Below are positions 16,701 to 29,249 of a stretch of DNA of 64,000 nucleotides, one piece after another; the first letter of the stretch is position 1; the number at the start of each line of letters is the position of its first letter. Position numbers and translations under genes: made by a program. The notes below the pieces were generated by a model. It made no database searches. It saw only the letters and a program-made list of their open reading frames with translations, and had not been told where the DNA came from. This DNA comes from Balanoglossus misakiensis (lineage: Eukaryota > Animalia > Hemichordata): contig CM082577.2 in assembly GCA_040954595.2 (NCBI GenBank), positions 1,860,001-1,924,000 on the forward strand, written 5' to 3'.

Positions 16701-19700
16701 GACACACCATGAAAAAGGTTGACATATGACATGCCCCCACATATTGGTCAGGTACATGTACATGGTAATGCCCAATCGTATTCAATGGTAAAGTTTTATC
16801 CAAAATTGGGGAAGAGGGGTTTGGGATAATACATTGTGACATCTTGTACGACAGAGAGTTCTAAATATGCCCTACGTACTGTTGTTGCCCTGTTGAGGGA
16901 CTGTTCCGTCTCGTGCAACATCCTGGTGAATGTGCTATACTCTTGTTTCAGTTTCTCTTGTTTGTCTTGGCACATCTGGATCAGTTTCTTGGTGGTGGCG
17001 ATGTCTGAGTCGTTCTTGTTCAGGATAATGGTCAGCGTTTCGTTGTTCTCCTGCTCCTTCTGAATGGACTTCTTATAGCCCTCGATTTCGGTGTCGTATG
17101 ACATGATGTTCTGTTTCTGCTGGCTGTGGAAGAGCAAGATGTTAAACTCAAATTTGAGTCAAAGACAAGCAGTGTGCCCTCTAACAAACATTATTTTTAA
17201 AAGCTTTGAGTCAATTTGAGGATTTCTAAAATTTTCTCTGAGTCAGCCCTATACCTTTGCATGCATTGTGGATAATTTTCTTGAGTTTGTTGAGTAAGTG
17301 GCACCGCACGTCACATAGTCAGTATTCTGCCTAGAGCAATTCAAACCTTGTGGCCACTACTCTTTAATTATGTTAGAACAATAGAAATAGATTAACATAA
17401 AACTTCATACTTGAGTGCCTCTTGCATTGCAGCATGTGCTTCGTCTCTTCTTCTCATTCCAATCAAACTGCTGTGCCATTGCTGCAACAGGTGCTTCTTC
17501 TCAAGATTGATGGACTGCAACACAATGATAGTTGATACACTCCCGTTATCACCCTGACCTTTTACTTTTGACCTCCGAGGTCATCAAAGTAGTTTCATAT
17601 CTAATGATTGATCAGTATTCATAGCTAATGATCATGATCTTGTCATCATGGATGGATGTGAAACAATAATGTATCGGTGATAATAAGCAGGATGCTTTTC
17701 AATATCCCCCTTATTGACACCCAGACAGAAACTCACGTCGATTTCTGTTCTTGCTTCGCTTAGTGACTCTGTTGCGGCCTTGGTTTCATCCGACTGGGCC
17801 TGCATCTGTGCCTCGTACATCGCAATCTCCTCCCTCAGCTTGTCCACAATCTCTGTCAGTCTGTCCACGTACAGATCTTGTCTCTGCTTCTCGGTTTCTG
17901 CCTTGGTGACCTCTGAGTCAGCTTTCTCCGCGGCCCGCCTCATCACGCTGATGTCTGACCTGACGTCATCCTTGGCGTTCAGCATGTAAAACAACCGAGT
18001 GGCCAGATTCTCAACTTCGGTCTGTAACTCAGATGCTGGAGGTGGTAGGAAGAACATGAAAAACAGTTTTACAGGTTAGCCTCTTTTATGGAACATCATT
18101 ACTGACTGTCATGTACACTATACTTGTAAAAAGTAAGTTTATATACTGTAGAAAAGTGTACATGTAAAAACTGACCTGTCTTGCGTTGTGATCCAACATT
18201 TGACTGGGAGTACTTGTAGAGGTGTCGCACTTCCTCCAGTTCTTCTTCGCACTGGTGCCTGACTTGATTCGTCTGACCGAACTCATCATGGAGTTTCTCC
18301 AGCAACATCTGCTGTCTGGCCAACTCTTGCTGCAGACCGTACAGATTCACTCCAAGATCCTCACGTTCCTTCTTCCTGTTCCTCAAACCTTCCAGCTGTG
18401 ACGTTCACCAAAGGAATGAAAAATTGGAAGTCAATATCTATGCACTCATACATTTAAATACATTTAACATTCTCTCTCAGTTTCTCTCCATCTGGGTCTG
18501 TCTACACCATTAGAAACCATAAGGGATGTACCACAGCTTCCTGGTGTAAAGAACTCAAATGTACAGAAGAATCCCCACTTACCAATTCTTTGAGTTCAAG
18601 AGTCACTTTCTCATTCTGCTTTGTCAGTTGAGATTTCAAAGCAATCTGGAATCTTTTCATCAGGGGCTGTAAGGGAAAAAAGATAAAAAATAAAAAGTTA
18701 TGTTATGTTTATTTCCAAGATTTTGACAGATGAGAAACTTCATCAAATGCTACTGGTACAATCTGTTCACTCAATAAAGTTCATAGTTACTGTAGTCATG
18801 GATACTTACATGGTCAGGGTCAAGAACAACCATCTCACTCTCTTCCTCACTGTCGTCGGACTCCATTTCTTCAGCGTCATCCCCTTCCTCATCAGCAAAA
18901 TCATCTCCATCACTGTCTGCATCCATAACTCCCATGTCATCTGGCAGTGTTAGATCTGTCTGGTCACCATAAGTATCTATAATGGAAAGGATAAAATGAG
19001 AAATTTAAATTCACAGAGGGGGTGTTTCAATTTTACCTGTGTAAAGTATAAATTAAATACATGACATGAATAAATTTGCACTTGCATTTTAGATGTGATG
19101 AGGTAATTTTAAATAGAAAACAATGGAATGAACGGTTGCGCATGTGCACTGTACTGTCAATCAAGCTCACTGTTTTCAATAGCATAAGAGGGTATGTTGC
19201 TTCAGTCCAAATGCTACACTCTACTGACCTTCAATCTGCCTGGCCGATCCTGTTCTGGATCCGGCTGATCTTCTGGAGCCGCCTGATCTGACACTCGCTG
19301 GTCTCTCTCCCTCTTCTAGTGTCGGAGGTGGTGGGGTCATCACTCCCCCTGGCATCTCGTCTTCATGTGGCGCTGACAGAGGTGGTTGTGGTGACTGCTC
19401 CGGTTCTGCTGGGCCGCCCTCGCCTCTGCTGCCTCCAGATCTCTGAGACCTTGCAGATTTGGCAGAACGGGATCTGGCCGATTTTGCTGATGATACTCTG
19501 CTTGGGGGACCTGATGGGGGTTTGGCCTCCACAGGTGGTTCTTCAGGGGCAGCCTCACCCTCCCCTGTAAACAATCGTTGTTGGAATAACGTTTAATGAC
19601 AGGGTGTCAGCATGCTAAGGAACTTTTCAGATTTAGCACATTTGAATGGTGGTGTAAGATCAAATATATCTTTACTTAGTCCATTCATTCTTACAGACAG

Positions 19701-20451
19701 GGTCTTTTTGTGTCCGTGCCTTCATCTGAAGTACATGCATATCGCTTTGTACAATACATATATATGTATTACATTTTGAAGAGATTTGCTCAATTTTTGT
19801 TATATAATTCTACCTCAGTATTTTACATTATGAATCCAACAAGGTACATCATCATTCTCAGTTGAGAATGACTTATGAAGTTTTAGTTTTAGAAATCCAC
19901 TCATTACACGTTTCCCCACCTTCTGGATTTTCTGCAGGTTCCTCCTCGACCGGCTGTTCTGCCTCCCCAGGTTGTTCTCCTTCCTCGGGCTGATCCTCCG
20001 CCTCCTCAGCTGGTGCTTCCCCATCTTCAGCTGGTTGTTCCTCTCCGCCCTCAGCTTCCTCCCCCTCCCCAGCGGGCTGCTCGTCTGCAGCGGGTTGGTC
20101 CTCGACTTCGGGATCTCCCTCAACAGCTGGTTGTTCTGGAGCTGCCTCTTCCGCACTTGCGGGCCTAATTCAAGAAAATGCCAAAGTCAGTCTACAACAA
20201 TTACAATATCAAAACACAGCAAAACAACCAAAAATGTAGGTTTCCTATCCAAAGATTGGTGTATCGACACTGCAGAAGGCGATCAGTATGAATTGCATTC
20301 ACGACAGTTTCCGTTTAAATGGTGCTGTGAAACGGTTGTTTACCAATACAGAGCCGGCTACTTTTTCAAACCGCTGATCCTAACTAAAAACGTTAAAAAC
20401 ACGAAAATAAAGGGACCAGTTTGACACAGACCTGTCTTCGTTGTCCGCCAT
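13797..20451 (-). CDS. CCDC40: Coiled-coil domain-containing protein 40 (axonemal 96-nm ruler). About 16 exons: 20451-20432, 20164-19920, 19564-19229, 18976-18810, 18666-18583, 18395-18176, ~18036-17737, ~17514-17411, ~17123-16876, ~16652-16471, ~16184-15939, ~15818-15605, ~15495-15325, ~15175-15082, ~14816-14506, ~14331-14172, ~14046-13797
   Basis: [20 protein letters not shown]; [24 protein letters not shown]; [15 protein letters not shown]; QDLYVDRLT; [59 protein letters not shown] all match CCDC40. Acidic Pro/Glu-rich N-terminus. Internal boundaries marked ~ are approximate. Confidence 0.92.
14856..15003. mobile_element. Tc1/mariner-pogo (Tigger-like) MITE in a CCDC40 intron
   Basis: TA-CAGTCAAACCTG...GCAGTATCGACTG-TA: TA target duplication and CAGTC inverted termini, with internal GTGGCCAC repeats. 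Confidence 0.65.
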
Positions 20452-20623
20452 CTTGTTGCTATGTGTAGGTAAACTACGCAGGGCATCACGGGAATAAATA
20501 AAAAGTCACGTGGAAAAGGGAGTTTGTCACATGACAGCGTTCTGCTGAATGATCCTCATTGATTATGCAGATTCATTATAGGTGCCAGACGTGGTAAATG
20601 ATAGAGGTGTGAGGCTACACCAG
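20452..20623. promoter_or_regulatory. Bidirectional CCDC40/TBC1D16 promoter and probable TBC1D16 non-coding exon 1 (donor CAG|GTAAGT at 20623/20624)
   Basis: CCDC40 ATG at 20451 in CAAGATGGCG (YY1-like) context; ZNF143-like site 20477-20494 (reverse complement TTCCCGTGATGCCCTGCG); E-boxes GTCACGTG at 20505-20512 and GTCACATGAC at 20526-20535; perfect plus-strand donor. Confidence 0.6.
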
Positions 20624-23486
20624 GTAAGTAGTCCCATGTTTATGTTATTTTTACTCCACACTGTGCTTTGTTTTGTTAATCTATACCTTACTGATCACGA
20701 GAACAGAAAGAGCTCCACTGTCTGCGAAGGGTTTTGTAGAAAAAAATAATGTATATGTGTTTTGCGATCCCCGATTGTACGTGTGTTATGATCACAGCAG
20801 AACACGGTGGGCGCAGGCAAGGTAAAAACAAAGTACTCTACCCGTCCACCACTACATACGTATTTGATAGATGCCTATAAACTCAAGCACTGTATACGTA
20901 AGCAGATGTAGTCTATTTTCTCGCGGGACAGAAATCTTAGTAACTGTACGAAATAGGTAGTATTTGTAGAATATTTTTTCACGAGTTAACGTTTCTGAAA
21001 TTGACATACAAATATGTTTTCGATCGCCATATGCGATCGTATTTTCTGAGTTCGCTCCGGCCCCGTCATGCGTCAGCGCGGTTAGCTTGACCGTACTCTT
21101 CCGTAGTGAAGTCGATCAAACGTGAATAATCTAAAGCTTAGATTCCGACATATTCAGACATATTCGAAAGAGGCATATATTTAATAATTGTTAATATTTT
21201 GTAGACTACACATTTTGAGTAAAAACCATCTACATCACATATCTTTCTAATTAGTGATTGAATAAAACATTAACAAAATATAACTGAATCTTATAATTTC
21301 TAATTAAATTAGGTCTTGTTTTGTGTTGTATGGATAGAACCATTTCATGGTAACGGTACCTAGTAAAAGTTAGGTTATTAAAGATCATTCTCCGAGATTT
21401 CGAACTGTTTTTTTTTTTATCATACTGGCTGTACTTTGCAAGTTGTCTGAAATATTCTGCATTGCAACTATTCATAAGCTGTCTGAATATCTCTCATATG
21501 TCATTCAGCATTACACTGTAATGTTTGTACAGTGCAAAATTTCTTGATGATTGATAATGTGTACTTGGTGGAAAAAATCGCACACAGCTGTAATTTCTCA
21601 TTTTAAAAATAAAATTGAATATCAAATTTATTAGACACACAAACTCAATTTATTTATTCTTAATCAAATTGATACCAGAAGTTATTATAAATTTGTATTC
21701 ACCGTAATCATCCCCAATTATTTTAATTAGTAATAGACTCATAGCCATGGAGAATGAAACCCACATTGCTGACTTCTGTGTTACACATGCTTGAAGTGCA
21801 GACCAACTTTAATTTAATTTTAGATGGTTTTCATTTTCATGTAAGATTTATGATGCTGTACAAGTGGAATTCAACATAAAATTGACTGATAGTTACATCA
21901 TACAAATTCACTTTAGTTTTAAAGGACAGCAGTTATTTTGTTTATATATATGTGTTCCTTTCAAATTCAAAATAAAATGGAAAAATAAGGTGTTTATTTA
22001 AGCACCAAAACAGGATCCCAGCAATTCCATTGTTATGACTGAAAAGGAAACCTTCATCTTTGACCTTGATTGAGTTCCTGCCATTGTGCATATAACTGTG
22101 GGGCTTTACTGATCGCTGGTGAGGTCATGACCTCTTACTCACCTGGATGTTTGGCCATAGAGTCATTGACATTTTGTGTCCTGCACTGCATCAGAGACAA
22201 ACAGACTGAATCAGATATCATGATGGTGTTTACCGACAAAACCTTGTGTTTACTGACGAATCATACAAAGATTACCAGTACATGCACTTATCTGATATAT
22301 TGTGGGGACTGAGTGCAAACCACCGAAGTATCACAAGAAGCCAGATATCAACTATCTTTGATTGCCAGGCTTCAAAATTGAGCATAATTTGCATATACAG
22401 TATGCAAATACAATGACATTGGGGGCCTGTGTCTACAACATGTATTGATTTGATCTCAATAATGCCCAGATGGCCATGGCCATTAGTCGCATGATAGAAC
22501 CTTTAACGTCAAATTAAAATGGTACATAGTTGCTGTGTGCCCGAAAATGAAATCTTCAGTTACCATGATGTGTATTTACAGTATGAAAATGTTTTAAACA
22601 GTTGTTTACACATAGTCCATAAAACATGTTTACTTTCTTTTATTTTTATATCATAAAGCCATGAAGGTAAACAATGTGAAATCTAGAGGCCACTGGTTCA
22701 GTAAAAATTGATTTCATAATATTAAGCCTATTTATTTATTCAACTGTGAATAATGCTGTGAAAACAGTGAATTAATGCAAATCCCTTCCATGGCTGATAC
22801 CATAGTGTCTAGTGAGTAATATTTTATTTATAAATTTGAAGGTTTCTATTGTTGTGCCATCAGGCAGCAGACACTGCTGGAGTGTTGAAGTTTGAAAACA
22901 TTCAATGAGATACTTGGATTAGGATCCAATCAATAAGGAAATGCCGAGGTCAATTACTTGCAGGTTCCATTTAATCATTTACTGTAACCTTTTCAAGGGC
23001 AGAATTAAGCCACAGATATTACTGGGATCAGAAAACAATGAGGTTTAAAGGTACAGTGTCCTTGTAGAATATATTGATCTGCAATTGTCATTTCCCTTTT
23101 GACTGTGTAAATGTTAAAACTTTTCAATTATTCACCGTTATAACAAACCGGAATACTTTGCCTTGTCTGACTGTGACATAATACCAAGAATTGAATAAAG
23201 TTTTTATAGTTCACAGTAATAATGCTTTGTGTTGTTAGAAATTCCTGGGGAGAACATTGCCTCAGTGAATGTATAGCATTATGCTATTGTGTGCCAAATT
23301 TCTATTATGTAAGTAAACTAATGAGACTAAATCATTTTGATATACCTTTATATGATTGGATACCTAAATATATGTTGTAAAAATGTGCCAACTGGAAATC
23401 GTCATCAACTGAAAAATAACAAGGAGAAAACTGTGGATAGAGTGTCTTCTCTAATCACCTTTGTATTGGGGACAGTTTTCGTCAAA

Positions 23487-23514
23487 GTTGCCGTGGATGC
23501 TGTTGCCAGGCAAC
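23487..23514. promoter_or_regulatory. Tandem RFX X-box-like motifs
   Basis: GTTGCCGTGGATGC followed by GTTGCCAGGCAAC, about 3 kb upstream of the ciliary gene CCDC40. Confidence 0.4.
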
Positions 23515-26500
23515 TAAGGAGGTGTAATTTGAGGAAAGGAAATCCCACTGGCAAACTTTAACTTTTACACCCACTCATTCTATTGAACAGGAGTGTAGAT
23601 CCCAGTGAATTCATCAATTTCATTATGATTGCTCAGAGAACAATTTTCAGTGATTACTAGTTTTGTACAAAACCCAGCAATTTGTCTTGTCTCTGAGTTG
23701 TTTTTTATGCTCAGAAACTCTGGAAAGTCATTTTGGTGTGCGCTTGTCATTTCCAAATAATTATCCCATCCACAAATGGCTAAGGTTCTTCATTACTTTC
23801 ACTCAGCTCAGAGAAAGAAATGTACAAATCATTTGGGAAATATGTTATATCCACAATTTGATCAAATATGTGGAAATCAAAATCAGAAAAATGTAAAATT
23901 TGAAATAGGCAACTCCAACCACCTGTTGAATCTGTGGTCAGATCTTTTGCCAGTCCTGTTTGGATACAACTATTTCAAGGAATAAAACTCCATCATTGCA
24001 GATAAACTAACAGAAATGGTACAAGGAAAAGGTATAATGATTAGAAATGATGCTGAGTGGCAATTTACTTGGGCAAAAGTTATTTTTTTAGTTATATCTT
24101 GAGAGGGGCCAGTTGAACCACCCACAGAGCCCAATGTCATCGAAAAGAGAGATAAATTGTACCCAAGTGGATTTTGCAATTTTCCTAGTAACGTGTGGAA
24201 TTACTGAGAACTGAGGTCATCAGCATGCAAATAGTGACGCTGCCATTTTCTCGCCCATTAGCAATTGTCAACTCATTTGTGTGGAACTTTTTTCTCTCGC
24301 TCAACTTCCAAAGTTCAGGTCGGGTGTGCGTTGATATTCTGAAGAACGTGACAGATCCATGGACATTTGTGTAACAGGACGCGAGATGATTTGAAGCTGG
24401 TTGAATGCGTTCTATTGCAACCTGATACATGGTACTCAATGCAAACATGCCCCCTTTCCAATATCGGGATTATTATCCGAAAAATCAAAGTGTAATTATG
24501 TCTGTTATTTTGCAAAACAGAATGTGATCGGAAAGCACGTTTTGGAATTGCCTGCAGCTTGTTTGTTTCATTCCTGTAATGTAATAACATTTCAACGTAG
24601 AATATGACTACATTTACAATCGCAAATGTGACATTTATACAGATTTCATTTTATTTCTCTTCTTGTATCCACAATCCATATGTTTGTTCTATTTTTACTA
24701 TAAACAGTTTTAATATTATATTAAATGAAAATATGAACTTTAATCACCCAGGCTTTGGAGTGAGAAACACTATATTTCATGGCCCCGTAATGTAGGAAAA
24801 TTTTATCTTTGTGTGTTGTGCATTTGGTGGTAAAACTACTTAATATATTTTAGAGGACAGCTGGTCGGCATTGATTTGATAAGTTGCATTCCAGTCCCCG
24901 GAAAAAATGTCTTGTCTACAAATAACCTATCAAACCAGCCTTTATAGCATTATCTTGTGGCTATGGCAACAAGCATGCAGTTTGTGAAAAGTCTGCTCTC
25001 GCTTGTTGGTAAGAACAGAGAGAGATTTTTTAATTGTGTTAGATTCTCTGGTGAGCATGATATTGTCCTCTGCTCATCCCTTCATTTCCTGAGAGAATGC
25101 CACCTGTCTTGGAAGAGTGATGGGTATAGTATATGGCGTGAGAATAATTTGATATTCGAAAATTGTGCCGACTGTAGGAGGAGGCCCTGCCCTGGGCACC
25201 TTTTGAAGTGAAATCAGTTGCTGTTTATCACATCTGTTACCATTGTTTTCTGTTTATCGAATTTCACCAAATGGCTAATGTTAATCCATGGTAAGGTTTT
25301 TGGTGGCATGAGAGACCTTGCAAAAAATTTCATGGTTCAATTGTGTACGTGTACAATGCCATAAATATCAATAAATGTTTTATAAATAGCATTTTTACAG
25401 TTCAGTCTCATGGGAGTTTTTAAACTGCCCTAGTAAATGTCCAAGTTCACATCAGTTGATAGGTGTATTTTGTGGGGTTTTATTACACTACATCATAGAC
25501 ATCTTTTACATTTTACATTATGGCTTCCAGTTCCAGAGAGAAACTGCAGCACAGAACACTGAAAAGTGGTGGTTTATATGTTTTTTATCAACAGATACCG
25601 TAGTTTTTGTGAAAAGTGGATCTCAAGAGGCTAGCGCATGAAAGAGCAGAATCTGCAACCAAACATTGTAAGTTGAATCTATGTATTAGAATACCATATC
25701 TGTAAAATTCTTCTTTGGTAATCCTTCCAAACTAGCGGATTCACAGCGAAACTACAAACTTGTATCAACACTCTCATTGTTTGTAGTCACGTTTTGAATC
25801 TGCTAGTTGATCTAAACCTTTATGGGTTTTTTGATCCGAAGCAGCCCAAGTAGCGCTTCGCCTCCAAGCAGCTAGGGTTTGATTGTCTGACGCATCTAGC
25901 TGATATAATCACACTTCAGAGGCTGCTTTTGCCCGCGAAGATTATTGACAATGGAAATGGAAAAGAACCGTGCATATCGCGCTGTTGTCGCGGCGATTTA
26001 CGTCACTGCATTTCCTACGCACTGAAGTCGCTCCAACGCAATTAACTCTACGCACACAGTCATTGTAGCAACATTAATCCAGCTATGAAATTTTACTGAT
26101 TCTTTCCTCGGGGGAGACTGAGCTCATGCAGAACAAAAATGTAATGGTCAGCTGTCTTGAAAAACACGGTGGTAATTTCTGTTTGTTTCTCCGAATACCG
26201 AACTGGAGAAATAAAAACGTTATAACGCTTCAATCGAGCTTACCAAATAGATTTATCGTATCCTGTGGTCTGAATACATTTGCTATCAATTAAGGGGCAA
26301 TTGATGTCAGCTATTTGGTCATGTGATCATGTGTTCTGAGTTGATGTAGGTCATGACATGTTCATTTCCGAGGAAGAGGCCTAATGTCGTATTTAAAATA
26401 TCTTTCCGTACGTTGCTGTCATAAATTTAATTTTTCGTTTTATTTTTGCCAATAATACCGGTACATGTACGTTGGGAATTTGTCATCCTGGAATTCTGAT

Positions 26501-29249
26501 ATTGCTTGATACTCCTAGGAAATTTCACACATAAATTGTTATAGACCTAGTTTGCGATCAGACCTCGATTTTCCCTCCATTTCCCTCATTCGCATCATTT
26601 CTGTAGTGATCAGAATATCCATACTCAGGAATCTACATCCTGGATTAAGCGGTAATGAAATAAAAAAACATTGCTCTGTGTGGAAATTTAGCTGATTTGG
26701 GTTTCCCGAAAATCTGGGATTATTTAATCGTCTTGAGTCATTTTGGAATGCACACGGCAGAAACTAATCTCAGAACACTTCCTTGCATGTTGCGGTATGT
26801 CTGATATGTTTTGGGGATTTTTATCGGTATTGTCATATCCAGGGTCTCACGGAGAGTTTGTGTGTGACTCAGGGCTGTGTATGTTGTTTGTACACAACTG
26901 ACAGCTGTGTGTGAAAGAGGTGCGTGAGTATACCGAGATTGGAGTGTAGTACTGGCTTGGGTACTTCATGATGTGGGATTGAACATATGTGTTTGTCAGG
27001 GAAGTGTATTGAGTGCCTAGCAAATATATGTGACTCCAGAGCCAAAAAACAACAAGTCAATTTTGTGATAAGAAAAGATATCAGTATGAAATTGGGAGCT
27101 GTTTTGTTTTGATCCAAAATGGTGTGATACTGATAGTCATAAATTTTGCCAATGAACAATGTACGACACAGCAGGTAGTACAAGTTTCAGTCATTTTTAT
27201 AGAATTGTTCTGTGTATGCACAAATATAGTGGAAAAGTTACAAATATTAAAGTCGGAAACTCCTGTAAAATTTTTGAAAAGAATCTAAAGGGAAAGCTGT
27301 TGTCATTTCTTTTTCTACTCCCAATCACAAGAACAATTTCTTTCTGAGAAAAACTCAGTGCATCTCATTGGACAAAACAATCATGCTCCTACAGTGTTTT
27401 TAGACATTATCTTCAAAAGTCTGCAAAAAGGCCAGTGAAGGCACATATCACCCCCTGGCAGTCAGTACTGTATATTACACTTGAAGTGGAAGTGCCCGAT
27501 GTAAGAAGACACCGGTGTTTTGCATCAGTCTGGGTAAATATTGCCCTTTACCTGCCGTGCAGTTTAAACAAGTCTCTCAGCATGCAGCAGCCTGTTCGTT
27601 TCTCGCTTTCAAATCGGTCTCTTTTTATTCCATTTCAAATGACCCTAGCTCAGCTTTCTACCTCTGCGACTCTGAGGCAGTGCAATTCTTCATACATCTA
27701 TATGGTTGTTGAAAAATTCCCCTGGTACATCAGTAATCCTGCTCAGAGCTGATTTAAGATGAGACGAGAATATGCAGACTGTGTTGTGTCAGATCATTTA
27801 CTCGGCAGTGTGACCTATCAGACCTATCAACACCCTGTGGGTGTTTTTAGTGTTTATCGGACACCCAGCCGCACAAATTTGATGCCAAAGAAAACACTTT
27901 CGAGATTAGAAAACTCCTCCCCTGGAATTACGTTGTAAGGCTAGCCTGAAATTTAATCTCAGACTGGAAGACGAAATTGCATGTTGTATTGAACACAAGT
28001 ATTTGTACCAGTAGTTCTGAATGCCAGTTTGGCATTAGTCATTTTGTACTTGTAGGCTTTCAAAATATCCCTCTGCTGTTCATATTTGTAAGGATTGACT
28101 CAATATGATCAGATCCAAATGATTTGAAGGCAGTCTAATTTGTTTAATTTCAGATTCCAAACATCTCACCTTCATAGGAGTACAGTAGCCTGTAAACTAT
28201 GGCTTTGATACTTCAGACTCAGTATCACTTTTGCAGAATATGCCATGCATTCATAGTTTTCTGTGGTGCCCAGATGAGGTGCCCTGTTGTTTGTGATGGC
28301 TAATTTTGTATGATTTATGGGTCCAGATAAAATATGTAAACTATCTTATGAACAGGTGAATATGTACCATAGATAATTCATTACATTTTAATACTGGGTC
28401 ATGACAGAACCAGGTCTGTGCCCTGCGCTATATTTTGGTTCTAATTCTATAGTGTCCTCTTTGAATTATTGAATTATTCAGTTTTTCTGGTTGTATTTTT
28501 GTATTGGATCAAAATGTCATGTCCTTGCCTGGTGTATACCGGTATGTTGAAACCAGAATTTATTAGTGTGTATGTGGATTCTTTTTGTCAAAATTAGGAT
28601 GAAAAATTCTATGAAAATGTCTTTTTTTAGAAGCTGATACATGTATGTACACGATATCGATAATCTCATGCTTGCCATGCATGGAATGGGCAGAGAGGTC
28701 TTTGAAGGCCAGGAGATTAGTTAATATCTCACAGAACAATTTTGTGAGATGCTATGAATATATATTATGACAAACCTAATCAAAGTTCTAACCAGACTAT
28801 TTCTTAGCACTTTGTTGATCAAAATTTGAGCTGTGTTTTCCCCCTTATCATGTGGTGATGCTGGTGTGAAAAATTTCAATTGAAAGGTAGATGTTTCTTT
28901 CTTCCTTTGTTCGCCGAAGCGTGATAGAATCACACAGTTGCCTGCTTTTAGTCGACCGATGAGTGGGTGTACGTTGTATGTCAGCCAGTTTTCAACTCTG
29001 CCATTTGATCAGTTATCACGAAATGCCAATCGCCGTTCTCGGCTATTTGGAAGAAATTTGAGTGTATGAAGCCTGAGTTTTATGCCGAAAATAGATGCCA
29101 TGACTATCGTGATGATTGGATTTTTGTTTTGGTTTCAGTGAACACTCAAAAAAACACCTCAACGAGCCATGATGAAAAAGTAGAGACCTCTCGTCGGATT
29201 TGATTCACGGACCCAGGATTCTCATCCCTCGTTCTGCATCACAGTTACC

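Noticed and set aside
13780-20424. Plus-strand and alternate-frame ORFs over CCDC40 (for example 13846-14388 and 19972-20424)
   Set aside because: Antisense shadows of coiled-coil and Glu-rich exons.
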